A DNA stretch of 64,000 nt from Nitrospirota bacterium (GCA_016212105.1 JACRHJ010000028.1:11689-75688), one strand, 5' to 3'. Shown: positions 9,711 to 18,452, counted from the stretch's first letter. Program-made: numbers and translations. The notes: generated by a model from the sequence alone, not told the origin.

Positions 9711-11732
9711 TCAGTTGTTCTCGCCCGGCTGGTATAGCGGCAGGCGTAGCGTGAACGTCGTGCCCGCGCCCTCCTCTGACGACACGTCTATCGTGCCGCC
9801 GTGCGCCTCGACGACGGCCTTCGCGATTGCGAGTCCGAGGCCTGAGCCCTTCACTCCAGCGGACGCCGACTTGGACCTGAAATACCTGTCGAACACGAAA
9901 GGCATGTCCTGCCTGCTTATGCCCGGCCCGGTATCCGACACCGAGATAGTGACGTAGCTCCGGAAGTTCTTTGTGGCGACGCTTACACGGCCTCCTTCCG
10001 GCGTGTATTTCAGCGCGTTGCCGAGGAGGTTGGCGACCGCCCTGCTTATCTGCGTCTCGTCGACAGAGACGACGGGCGACGGCTCGGCCAGGCAGTAGTC
10101 TAGGGAGATGTCCCTGTTCCTGGCCTCCATCTGGAACTCCAGCACCGCCTTCGTAACCAGGACGTCGAGGCTTATCTCCTGCCGGTTCAGCTTCCGCATC
10201 CCCTCGATGGACGACAGGAACAGGAAGTTTTCCATGATGTTCAGTATCCTGCTCCCCGCGCGAGTTATGGCGTCCAGGCCGGAGCGGACGTCGTCCGAAG
10301 CGCAGCCGCAGTCCTTTGTCTCCTTGCCTATCCACTGGGAAAGGCCTATGATGGTCGAAAGTGGCGACTTGACGTCGTGGGTTATCATGGAGACGAGGTC
10401 GGCCTTCTTCTGGGCGAGCGACTTCTCGACGGTGATGTCGCGCAGGAGCCGTATCTCCTTGAGCCCGTCCTGTCCGGGCCGGCCCACGGGGATGACGAGC
10501 ACCTGGTACGTCTTGTTCCCGATTACCGCCTCGCCGGTCCCTTCTGGTCCGAGAAGGGGCCTGAGGGGGAAGTCGTCTGGCAGCCCGGTCAGGTCCATGT
10601 CGAGCCCGCCCGTGGGTGACACACCGAGTATATCCTTGAGCCTGTTGTTGGCGACCAGGACGCGCCCTTCCCCGTCCAGGAGCATGATGCCGTCCGGTAT
10701 GCTGTTGGTTACCGCAAGGAGCTTCTCCTTCTCGTCCGCGAGCGCCTCGCTCTGGGCCGCGAGCGCGGCGCTGCAGCTTGCCTCGACCTCGGCCTGGTCC
10801 TTTGCCTTGTAGACCCTGAGGAAGTATACCCCGCCCATGGCGAGCGACAGGATGAAGAAACCGCCGGTCAAGAACAGGCTCATGAAGTCGTCACGGGCCA
10901 TCTTGTCGAGGCCGGAAAGCGGCATAACCGTGGCTGTATACCACCTGTAGCCCTCGACCTGGACGGGGTGCATGTGGAGTTTGCCCTGGCCGCCCTCCCC
11001 GGAAACGGGGAACGTGCCGGACACCTCGGCGCCCGCGGCCATCCTGTCCTTGTAGGGCCTGACGTCCGGGCTCGCGCCTGTCGACGGGCAGACGCACTGG
11101 CCGTGCTGGTCGTAGTAGTAGAGCTTTACCGCTGCGTCTATGCCGGCTGAGGTGGAGCAGAGCGACGACAGCGCGTCGCCGTCGAGCTGGGCGAGGGTGA
11201 TGCCGGCGAACTCGCCGGTGCCCTCGGCGCGTACCGGGTATGATATGTAGATTACAGGCTCGCCGTCCGCCAGTTTTGTAAGCGGGGAGAGGTAGGGGAC
11301 CATCGTGAGCTTGGGGGTGGTGAAGAACTCCGCGAAGCGGCAGTCGGCGGGGAGACGGTCGAGCGCCTCGTGGCTCGACACCGAGCCAGACTTCCTTCCG
11401 GATGCGTCGAAGTAGGCTACGGCGTCCACCCTGTCCACAAGTGCCTCGTACGTCCGGGAGACCTCCTCGGACTGGACCGCCTGGTCCTTCGAGGACGCGA
11501 TGACGACTCCAAGCTGTTCGAGCTTCTGGAATACCTCGCGGAAGTTGGCCTGCATCCCGGCCGCGGCCAGGTCGGTAATCAGGTCCTGCTGCCTTTCGAG
11601 CTGGGCCTCGACCCTGTCCCGGTTTACCGCGAGGGTGTTGAAATGCACGAACCCGAGGGCGACGGACAGCACGGCTATAGGCCCGAATATGCTGAGCAGC
11701 ACCTTTGTGTCTCTGCCGGACCTTCCTGTCAT
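9711..11732 (-). CDS. sensor histidine kinase (periplasmic sensor domain, PAS, HisKA, HATPase_c)
   Basis: 673 aa. An N-terminal TM helix is followed by a roughly 270-aa extracytoplasmic region and a second TM helix. The H-box is MITHDVKSPLSTI. The ATPase boxes are NLLGNALKYTP, DTGPGI and GSGLGLAIA. Confidence 0.9.
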   Translation of the reverse strand: MTGRSGRDTKVLLSIFGPIAVLSVALGFVHFNTLAVNRDRVEAQLERQQDLITDLAAAGMQANFREVFQKLEQLGVVIASSKDQAVQSEEVSRTYEALVDRVDAVAYFDASGRKSGSVSSHEALDRLPADCRFAEFFTTPKLTMVPYLSPLTKLADGEPVIYISYPVRAEGTGEFAGITLAQLDGDALSSLCSTSAGIDAAVKLYYYDQHGQCVCPSTGASPDVRPYKDRMAAGAEVSGTFPVSGEGGQGKLHMHPVQVEGYRWYTATVMPLSGLDKMARDDFMSLFLTGGFFILSLAMGGVYFLRVYKAKDQAEVEASCSAALAAQSEALADEKEKLLAVTNSIPDGIMLLDGEGRVLVANNRLKDILGVSPTGGLDMDLTGLPDDFPLRPLLGPEGTGEAVIGNKTYQVLVIPVGRPGQDGLKEIRLLRDITVEKSLAQKKADLVSMITHDVKSPLSTIIGLSQWIGKETKDCGCASDDVRSGLDAITRAGSRILNIMENFLFLSSIEGMRKLNRQEISLDVLVTKAVLEFQMEARNRDISLDYCLAEPSPVVSVDETQISRAVANLLGNALKYTPEGGRVSVATKNFRSYVTISVSDTGPGISRQDMPFVFDRYFRSKSASAGVKGSGLGLAIAKAVVEAHGGTIDVSSEEGAGTTFTLRLPLYQPGENN

Positions 11733-11852
11733 CTCGTGCCCTCCCGGCGCGCGCTTAGGAAACGGACGCGTAATTAGGCAGTATCAGACACAGTATACAA
11801 CAGAGCATAATGTTGCAATAAGCGTGCCAGCAATTGGGGGGCAATGGCGTGG

Positions 11853-12497
11853 CTACCTCAACAGGCCCATTCCGCGCAGTGTGCGGGCAAGGTCGTCGTG
11901 GCCGGTGAAGGTTATCCCGGTGATCCCGAACTCCGCAGCGGCCCGCGTGTTCTCCTCCAGGTCGTCTATGAACACCGCCTCGTGGCCTTTCACGCCCGCC
12001 ATCTCGAGCGCGGCCTCGAATATCTCCGGCTTTGGCTTCTTCGTCTCCATCCTGTAGGACAGGGCGAGGCCGTCCAGCTCGGACAGGACGCCGTAGCGTC
12101 CCTGGATGTACTCCCAGTGAAGCTCGTTCACGTTCGAGAGCAGGTAGGCGGGCCTGTCCGCCCGGACGGCCCGGACGATCTCGGTCACGGCGGCGTCCTC
12201 CGTGAATATGCCGTTCCAGAGGTCAGCGAACTCGCCGAAACCGACGCCAAGCCCGAACCTGCCGTCTATACGCCCGAAGAACTCCTCGGAGCTGACCGCC
12301 CCCTCGTCATAGAGGTTGCACAGCCCGTCCCGGGAGTCGAACAGGAAACGGAACAGCTCGTCCGGCCGCCTGTCAGCCGGCGGCGTGGCGGAGAGCAGCC
12401 TGCCGACTATGTCATCGTGCGAGAAGCTGAGTATCACCTTGCCGAGGTCGAAGAACACCGCGCGTATCCGGGCGCCTTGAGAGCCATTGTTGTCCAT
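11853..12497 (-). CDS. HAD superfamily hydrolase
   Basis: 214 aa. The N-terminal motif I-like segment is AVFFDLGKV. The fold is HAD-IA-like, with the C-terminal motif VFIDDLEEN. Confidence 0.8.
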   Translation of the reverse strand: MDNNGSQGARIRAVFFDLGKVILSFSHDDIVGRLLSATPPADRRPDELFRFLFDSRDGLCNLYDEGAVSSEEFFGRIDGRFGLGVGFGEFADLWNGIFTEDAAVTEIVRAVRADRPAYLLSNVNELHWEYIQGRYGVLSELDGLALSYRMETKKPKPEIFEAALEMAGVKGHEAVFIDDLEENTRAAAEFGITGITFTGHDDLARTLRGMGLLR

Positions 12498-12602
12498 CGG
12501 TATATTCTATGCACAAAGCAGAATATAGTCAACCTGAAATAGAGGGGGCCGGACTCCGGATTTCTTTTGACGCAGGGGCGTTTATCGGATAATATTGTCA
12601 GC

Positions 12603-13541
12603 ATGGAAACTAAGAAGGCTATAGACGCCCTGGTCGGCAACGTCGGCAGGGTGATAAAGGGCAAGCCGGACGCGGTCAAGCTCGCGGTGGTCGCGCTTAT
12701 CGGCCGTGGGCATTTGCTCATCGAGGACGTGCCGGGCATCGGCAAGACGACGCTCGGGTACAGCCTGGCCCGGTCGGTCAACTGCTCCTTCCACAGGATA
12801 CAGTTCACGTCCGACCTCCTGCCTTCGGACATCACAGGCGTGACGATATTCAACCAGACGACGCAGGAGTTCGAGTTCAAGGAGGGGCCGATATTCGCCA
12901 ACATCGTACTCGCGGACGAGATTAACAGGACGTCTCCCAAGAGCCAGTCCGCGCTGCTTGAGGCCATGAACGAGGGGCAGGTGACGGTCGAGAAGACGAC
13001 CTTCCCGCTGCCCCGGCCGTTCATGGTAATAGCGACGCAGAACCCGCTCGAGTACCACGGGACGTTCCCGCTTCCGGAGTCCCAGTTGGACCGGTTCATG
13101 ATGCGGATAAAGCTCGGCTACCCGGACATGGAGCACGAGAAGGAGATACTGAAGGCGTCTTCCGAAAGATATATAAAGGACGGGCTGGAGCCGGTGCTTG
13201 CCGGCGCGGACGTGCTGAAGCTTCAGGACCTCGTGGACGGGGTGAAGATGGACGACGCCCTGCTCGACTACATACTCGCGATAGTGGATGCGACGAGGCG
13301 GTCGGACAAGCTCGCGCTGGGTGTCAGCCCGCGCGGCGCGCTGTTTCTCCAGAAGGCCGCGCGCGCGATGGCGATGGTATCGGGGCGCGACTACTGCATC
13401 CCGGACGACATAAAGGGTCTCGCGGTGCCGGTGCTTTCGCACCGTGTAGCGCTCAATGCGCGCGGCGGTTTCGGCAGGCGCGCGGGCGACGCGGAGGACG
13501 CGGTCGCGGACATCGTGGAGGCGGTGGAGGTGCCGGTTTAG
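12603..13541 (+). CDS. MoxR-family AAA+ ATPase
   Basis: Walker A is VPGIGKTTLG and Walker B is VLADEINR. The family signature TSPKSQSALLEAMNEGQVTV is present, as is the C-terminal AAA lid. The ATG at 12603 (METKKAID) is preferred over 12567. Confidence 0.93.
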   Translation: METKKAIDALVGNVGRVIKGKPDAVKLAVVALIGRGHLLIEDVPGIGKTTLGYSLARSVNCSFHRIQFTSDLLPSDITGVTIFNQTTQEFEFKEGPIFANIVLADEINRTSPKSQSALLEAMNEGQVTVEKTTFPLPRPFMVIATQNPLEYHGTFPLPESQLDRFMMRIKLGYPDMEHEKEILKASSERYIKDGLEPVLAGADVLKLQDLVDGVKMDDALLDYILAIVDATRRSDKLALGVSPRGALFLQKAARAMAMVSGRDYCIPDDIKGLAVPVLSHRVALNARGGFGRRAGDAEDAVADIVEAVEVPV

Positions 13542-13544
13542 CTA

Positions 13545-13895
13545 AGTGTGTCATTCTGAGCCCCGGCTTTGAGCATGCCGGGGCAGGCTCCCCGAAGAAT
13601 CCGCCTGTATCTATAATTGTTGTAGGGGCGCAATTCATTGCGCCCGCACCTTATTGCTTGTCGCCCCGTGCTCGACACGTGGTCCAGGAAGTTGTAGTTG
13701 CCCGATTCATCGGGCAGTTTTAAATCAGGGCGGGCACGGGGACCCGCCCCTACAGCAAAGAAGGGCCGACACACGGGTCGGCCCCTGCATAAAATCAAAG
13801 TCGCTGGATTCCCGCCTTCGCGGGAATGACAACCATTCGTCCCCCTCTCCCGGCCCTTCGGGCCACCCTCTCCCGCAAGGGGAGAGGGGGTTATT
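13545..13895. repeat. cluster R6 (F containing L, C, B, H, I, D, A, P)
   Basis: Eight or more modules lie back to back. Examples: 13623-13646 gtaggggcgcaattcattgcgccc; 13729-13753 gggcgggcacggggacccgcccctac; 13801-13829 A (inverted). Confidence 0.9.
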
Positions 13896-15291
13896 TTCCC
13901 CCCAGAACCTTCTCCGCCACCCGGTACGCCTCCCGCACGCAGTCGTTAATCCCCACGCCCCGGTACGCGTTACCTGCAAAGAACAGGCCGGGGTACTTCG
14001 CCTCCATCCCGTCCAGGCGCTCAAGGTTCCTTGAGTGCCCCACGATATACTGCGGTATAGCCTGCTCGTGACGGAAGACCTTCACGAACTCCGGCTCCGT
14101 ATGAAGCCCCATGATGTCCTTCAGGTCGTTCTTCACGATGCGCGCGATGTCCTCCTCCGGCAGGTAGGGCGTCTCGATGTCGCGGCCGCCGCCCGCCATG
14201 CTGCGGAGCGAGCACTTCCCGACCGGCGCGCGTCCGGGGAATATGCTCGAATCCCAGAGCGTGCCGAGGACCTTGCGCCTCTCCTTGAGTCCCACGAGGA
14301 AGCCGAAGCCGTCCAGCTCGACGCCCAGGTCGTCCTCGGTCAGACCGAAGCAGACGATGGCCATAGGCGCGTATGGTATCTTGTCCAGCGTATCGGGTAT
14401 GGCCGGGGCAACCGGCGCGAGGAACTTCGAGGCCGCATATGACGGCGCGGCAGTTATGAACACGTCCGCCTCGACCGGGGTGCCGGATGCGCCCGCGTGT
14501 ATGATGAACCCGCCGCCGGGCTTCGCCTCGACCTTCGTCACGGGGCAGTCGAGGAGCAGGTCACCCTTGAAGGCGGCCTGGAGCGCCCTGGTCAGGACCT
14601 CAAGCCCGCCCTCGAAGGAGGTCAGGATGCCGCCCGGCCCGGCAGGCCCGGAGGCCTCACCGCCCGCCTTCTTTTCCTTCCGCTTCTTGTTGGCGAGCAT
14701 TATCATCGCCCGGAACAGGCCGCCGTACTCCTGCTCAAGCTCGTGTATGCGCGGGAAGCAGGACTTGAGCGACATTGTCTCCGGGTCTCCGCCGAAGACG
14801 CCGGAGGCCATAGGCCCGATGAGGCGTTCAAGAGCCATCGGCCCGAGCCTGCGCCGTGCGAACTCCGCAAGCGTCTGGTCGTTGTCTGGTGGCGCGGGCG
14901 GTATGAACAGCTCGCCCATCAGACGGAACTTCGCCGACCAGGGCAGGAGCCTGGACTTGAGGAACGATGGAGGGGACTCCGGCAGCCGGTGCAGCTCGCC
15001 GCCGGCGTATATGTAGCGCTTCCTAGCCGCGTCGTTGCTCGGGAGCATCAGGTCGTCTATGCCGAGCTTCCTGCACAGCTCAAGCGTATCCGGCTTGTTG
15101 TTCAGGAAGCCGTTCGGCCCCCACTCGACCAGGTAGCCGTCGTCCTTTATCGACTGGACCTTCCCGCCCGTCCTGCCCTCGGACTCGAACAGCGCAATCT
15201 GTGCGTGCCTGCCCGTGGCTTCGAGCTTCTCCTGAAGTGCGTGGCAGAGCGACAGGCCGGACAGGCCCGCGCCGGCGACCGCTATCCTCAT
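13891..15291 (-). CDS. hemY: protoporphyrinogen/coproporphyrinogen III oxidase (HemY-type FAD oxidase)
   Basis: 466 aa. The N-terminal dinucleotide fold is MRIAVAGAGLSGLS. The family-like C-terminus is GLFFAGNAYRGVGINDCV. Confidence 0.88.
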   Translation of the reverse strand: MRIAVAGAGLSGLSLCHALQEKLEATGRHAQIALFESEGRTGGKVQSIKDDGYLVEWGPNGFLNNKPDTLELCRKLGIDDLMLPSNDAARKRYIYAGGELHRLPESPPSFLKSRLLPWSAKFRLMGELFIPPAPPDNDQTLAEFARRRLGPMALERLIGPMASGVFGGDPETMSLKSCFPRIHELEQEYGGLFRAMIMLANKKRKEKKAGGEASGPAGPGGILTSFEGGLEVLTRALQAAFKGDLLLDCPVTKVEAKPGGGFIIHAGASGTPVEADVFITAAPSYAASKFLAPVAPAIPDTLDKIPYAPMAIVCFGLTEDDLGVELDGFGFLVGLKERRKVLGTLWDSSIFPGRAPVGKCSLRSMAGGGRDIETPYLPEEDIARIVKNDLKDIMGLHTEPEFVKVFRHEQAIPQYIVGHSRNLERLDGMEAKYPGLFFAGNAYRGVGINDCVREAYRVAEKVLGGK

Positions 15292-15377
15292 GGCTACCTC
15301 CGGATGGTGTGTGCTTTAATCCATAAAGTATATGGGACGGCCGCGCCCAAGTCAAACGAAAACGGGGAATACGTGCG

Positions 15378-15418
15378 CTCCCCTCCCTTGAGGGGAGGGG
15401 ATTAAGGGGAGGGTGAAT
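15378..15418. repeat. single N/P-type G/C-tract hairpin
   Basis: ctcccctcccttgaggggaggggattaaggggagggtgaat. Confidence 0.7.
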
Positions 15419-15428
15419 CCATTTTAAG

Positions 15429-15457
15429 TTGACATGCGGACGGGCAGGTTTTATTAT
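15429..15457 (+). promoter_or_regulatory. sigma-70-like promoter upstream of nadA
   Basis: TTGACA (15429-15434), a 17-nt spacer, then TATTAT (15452-15457). It lies about 70 nt upstream of the TTG start. Confidence 0.55.
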
Positions 15458-15527
15458 AGTCTTTTACGGGGCGGACGAGACGCCGCCTCGCCTAAGACAC
15501 GCGGTATGCAATACTGGAGGCCCGGCC

Positions 15528-16523
15528 TTGAAGATAGGATCAGACGAGTTCAACGAGATCGCGACGAAGATCGCCCGGCTCAAAAAAGATAAAAACGCGG
15601 TAATCCTAGCCCACAACTACCAGAGGGACGAGGTGCAGTACATCGCCGACCTGACAGGGGACTCTCTGGAGCTGTCCCGCGCGGCGGCCGAGACGGACTA
15701 CGACGTCATTATATTCGCGGGCGTCCACTTCATGGCCGAGTCCGCTTCCATCCTCTCGCCGGACAAGACCGTCGTCCTGACCGAGTCCGAGGCCGGCTGC
15801 CCGATGGCCGAGATGGTCACGGTGGAGGGGCCGCGCTTCTACGGTACGCACTTCCCCGGCGCGGGCCGGGAGTTCTGCTACACCTACCCCGAAGAGTTCT
15901 CCCTTCGGGACATAAAGGCGAAGTACCCCGGCGTGCCGGTGGTCTCATACGTCAACACGACCGCCGCGGTAAAGGCCGAATCTGACGTCTGCTGCACGTC
16001 CGCGAACGTCGTCAAGGTGGTCAACTCGCTCGATTCCAAACGCGTGATATGCGTCCCGGACAAGAACCTCGCCGCCTGGGCGGCAAAGCACACCGACAAG
16101 GAGATAATCTCCTGGGACGGCTTCTGCAACGTCCACGACAGGGTCTCCGCCGAGGACGTCCGGAAGGCGCGTGAGGCGCACCCCGGCGCGCTCGTCGTCG
16201 CGCACCCGGAATGCCCGATGGACGTGCTTGAGCTGTCCGACCACGTGACCTCGACCTCCGGGATGCTCAGGTTCTGCAAGTCGTCCGACGCCAGGGAGTT
16301 CATCATCGGCACGGAGCTTGGGCTCATGTACCGCCTGAAGAAGGACAACCCCGACAAGCTGTTCCACGCGCTGAACCCGACGATGCTCTGCCCGAACATG
16401 AAGAAGACCACGATAAAGTCCGTGCTCCGCGCGCTTGAGGACCTCGACTGCGTGATAAAGGTTCCGGAGGAGATTCGAGTGCCCGCGAAGAGGGCGCTGG
16501 ACAGGATGCTGGAGATAGGGTAG
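15528..16523 (+). CDS. nadA: quinolinate synthase NadA
   Basis: A TTG start at 15528 lies 7 nt after GGAGG (15516-15520). Motifs are [35 protein letters not shown] and HPECP. The ORF upstream of 15528 has no NadA-like sequence. Confidence 0.93.
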   Translation: MKIGSDEFNEIATKIARLKKDKNAVILAHNYQRDEVQYIADLTGDSLELSRAAAETDYDVIIFAGVHFMAESASILSPDKTVVLTESEAGCPMAEMVTVEGPRFYGTHFPGAGREFCYTYPEEFSLRDIKAKYPGVPVVSYVNTTAAVKAESDVCCTSANVVKVVNSLDSKRVICVPDKNLAAWAAKHTDKEIISWDGFCNVHDRVSAEDVRKAREAHPGALVVAHPECPMDVLELSDHVTSTSGMLRFCKSSDAREFIIGTELGLMYRLKKDNPDKLFHALNPTMLCPNMKKTTIKSVLRALEDLDCVIKVPEEIRVPAKRALDRMLEIG

Positions 16524-16530
16524 GTTTTGT

Positions 16531-16560
16531 TTGACATGCCCGCCCGGTATGTGGTATCAA
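16531..16560 (+). promoter_or_regulatory. sigma-70-like promoter upstream of the DUF5678 gene
   Basis: TTGACA (16531-16536), an 18-nt spacer containing TGn, then TATCAA (16555-16560). Confidence 0.4.
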
Positions 16561-16597
16561 GGTATATAGCAGTCAATATCCGTCAGGGGTTTTAGTC

Positions 16598-16789
16598 ATG
16601 CCGATAAAAGAGATAGTAAAAGACAGCCGGAAATACGCGGGGCAGTACGTCGCCACGAAGTCCTTCAGGAGCAGGACCGTCGTGAGCCACGGAAAGGACC
16701 CGCTCGCCGTCTGGGACGACGCGGAGAAGAAGGGCGTCAAGGACCCGGTCGTGTTTTTCATACCGCGTTCTGATATGAAATTGCATTAG
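16598..16789 (+). CDS. small DUF5678-like protein
   Basis: 63 aa. The pattern YAGQYVA....VVSHGKDPLAVWDDAEKKGVKDPVVFFIP matches my recollection of DUF5678. A promoter-like element lies at 16531-16560. Confidence 0.6.
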   Translation: MPIKEIVKDSRKYAGQYVATKSFRSRTVVSHGKDPLAVWDDAEKKGVKDPVVFFIPRSDMKLH

Positions 16790-16929
16790 ACCCACCGAAT
16801 CTTAATAAGTCCGACAATAAGACAATTTGGCGAGATAGAACCAACGGTAGCTCGTAATCGGGATGCAATATTGACGCGCTGTCGGCTATAATGTATTCTT
16901 GTAGTTAACTTACTGGTAAATCTCCTACT

Positions 16930-17379
16930 ATGAGCGCAGAGTATAATCCGCTACTTACACCTGGCTTTCACGATATTCCAACCGATGATCTGGAGCAAGT
17001 TTTCGTCGCGCCTTTTCCCGACCCGACTCATAGGAGCTATTTGGTAGAACGATTGAAAGTTCTTTTATCAATAGTGAACGATGTTGGCATTGCTTTTGAA
17101 ATATGGATAGACGGATCATTTACAACCGAAAAACCCCAACCATCTGACATAGACATAGCTTTCTTTTTCGACCCACAAGAAGTTAACGATTTGCCAAAGG
17201 ACAAATTGGACATTTTAATGGACGTGTTTTCAAATCCCACGCAGACAAAGTATAGGTATAAATGCGATGTTTATTTTGTACCCAACAACGCAATAAATGA
17301 TCGTAGTTATTGGCGTGGTTGGTTTGGCTTTTCAAGAAATGAGCAGCCAAAGGGAATCGCTAGAATCATACTGAATTAA
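16930..17379 (+). CDS. minimal Pol-beta-fold nucleotidyltransferase (DUF6932-like)
   Basis: 149 aa in the AT-rich island. The NTase signature hG[GS]-x9-DxD is present as WIDGSFTTEKPQPSDIDIAFF. A third acidic residue is in YKCDVYFV. The N-terminal TPGFHDIPTDDLEQVF and C-terminal KGIARI resemble small stand-alone NTases. The DUF6932 label is from memory. Confidence 0.75.
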   Translation: MSAEYNPLLTPGFHDIPTDDLEQVFVAPFPDPTHRSYLVERLKVLLSIVNDVGIAFEIWIDGSFTTEKPQPSDIDIAFFFDPQEVNDLPKDKLDILMDVFSNPTQTKYRYKCDVYFVPNNAINDRSYWRGWFGFSRNEQPKGIARIILN

Positions 17380-17394
17380 GGCACCGGTAATAAC

Positions 17395-18327
17395 ATGAAT
17401 ATAATAGAAAAACTTAATAACCAAATCGTAGCCGCTAATGATATGTTAGCTCGTTACGAAACCGTTCTTGATAAAGAGCCCAAGAATATTGCGTATCAAC
17501 TAAGCGCTATTAGTGTCAAAAGTCACATTTCGGAACTACAGCATCAGTTGCAGCGCGAAAAGATTCTTCGAGAAAAAGAAGTATTGGAGATACGCTTAAA
17601 AGGAGTAACTGCTAACGGAAGCATACCCCTGTCCGTGTTATCCGAATTGTCACTTTACCTATCCGATGCATTACAGGCAACTTCTCAGAAAGTGAAAACT
17701 GGGTTAGATGCAAAGAGACGAATATTGAAAGATATTGTTAATACCCTTGACCTAAGACTTGCTGGTTTAGCTACAGGTTCGACTCGTTTAATAATTACGG
17801 GTAACTCCTCACCAGATCTATTCGGACAAAGTCTTTTAGAAAGCAGTCTAGAGAATACCTTTGCATTATTAGAATCTCGTTCTGCTGAAGAATTAACAGA
17901 AGGTGTTTCTAAAGTTGGTATACGTAGCGCGAATAAGTTTAACAAATTCCTAAAAACAATTTCCGATTCTGGTTATGAAGTTGACATTTCATGGGTATCG
18001 CCTACGAAACATGAATATGATTGGAAAGCCAGCATGGATGATATACGTAGTCTATCTAATTCTCTGGACAGTATAACAATGTCTCAGAACGAAATTTTCG
18101 AATTTAAAGGTAAATTAGTTATGGCTAGCTTAAAAGGCGCCTTTGAGATAGAGACCGACGCCGAAGAAACAATAAAGGGGAAATTCCCAACACAATTAAC
18201 AGAGTATGTCAAAAAGCTTCATATCGGAGATAAGTGCAACGGTATGATAGAAAAGGAAACGATTACTAATCGAACCACGGGACTTGAAAAAGTATACTAT
18301 ACATTGCTTGAAATAGAAGCCATCTAA
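17395..18327 (+). CDS. hypothetical protein, partner of the NTase (no recognisable domain)
   Basis: 310 aa, starting 15 nt after the NTase stop, with the same AT-rich composition. The N-terminal 65 aa or so are heptad-like and Q/E/L-rich. No TM helices, no P-loop and no Rx4-6H motif were found. Confidence 0.75.
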   Translation: MNIIEKLNNQIVAANDMLARYETVLDKEPKNIAYQLSAISVKSHISELQHQLQREKILREKEVLEIRLKGVTANGSIPLSVLSELSLYLSDALQATSQKVKTGLDAKRRILKDIVNTLDLRLAGLATGSTRLIITGNSSPDLFGQSLLESSLENTFALLESRSAEELTEGVSKVGIRSANKFNKFLKTISDSGYEVDISWVSPTKHEYDWKASMDDIRSLSNSLDSITMSQNEIFEFKGKLVMASLKGAFEIETDAEETIKGKFPTQLTEYVKKLHIGDKCNGMIEKETITNRTTGLEKVYYTLLEIEAI

Positions 18328-18372
18328 TTCCTGGCCTGTTTTAACATTCCGGGAATCAAAACCACGCAGACC

Positions 18373-18398
18373 AAAATGGCCGCCCTCCCGGGCGGCCA
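18373..18398. repeat. 26-nt hairpin AAAATGGCCGCCCTCCCGGGCGGCCA, copy 1 (terminator-like, downstream of hicA and of the island operon)
   Basis: Identical to 18982..19007. The stem is ATGGCCGCCC/GGGCGGCCAT with loop TCCC. A T-run follows on the minus strand. Confidence 0.85.
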
Positions 18399-18452
18399 GT
18401 CGCATTTTATAATTCACTCTTTTCTGAAGATACACACGTGAGGCATGCCTTC

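Noticed and set aside
15458-15527. NAD+ riboswitch (nadA motif) in the nadA leader
   Set aside because: The leader is only about 70 nt. I could not find the tandem bulged-stem domains with the conserved CAAC/ACCCC-type nucleotides. It contains just one short GC hairpin.
16871-16892. TTGACG ... TATAAT upstream of the island NTase gene as a promoter
   Set aside because: The -10 is perfect (16887-16892), but the spacer to TTGACG is only 10 nt. The hexamer at the proper 17-nt distance (TGCAAT) is a weak -35. It is therefore not called. The island may instead be read through from the DUF5678 promoter.
17395-18327. HEPN domain in the 310-aa partner protein, which would make the pair a classic MNT-HEPN module
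   Set aside because: No Rx4-6H motif exists anywhere in the sequence. The few His residues (KSHISELQH, TKHEY, KLHIG) are not preceded by Arg at the required spacing.
16790-18440. Integrase, transposase, tRNA or direct repeats marking the island as a classical genomic island or prophage remnant
   Set aside because: None were found by eye in or next to the island. The only flanking repeat is the 26-nt hairpin, which brackets hicBA rather than the island.
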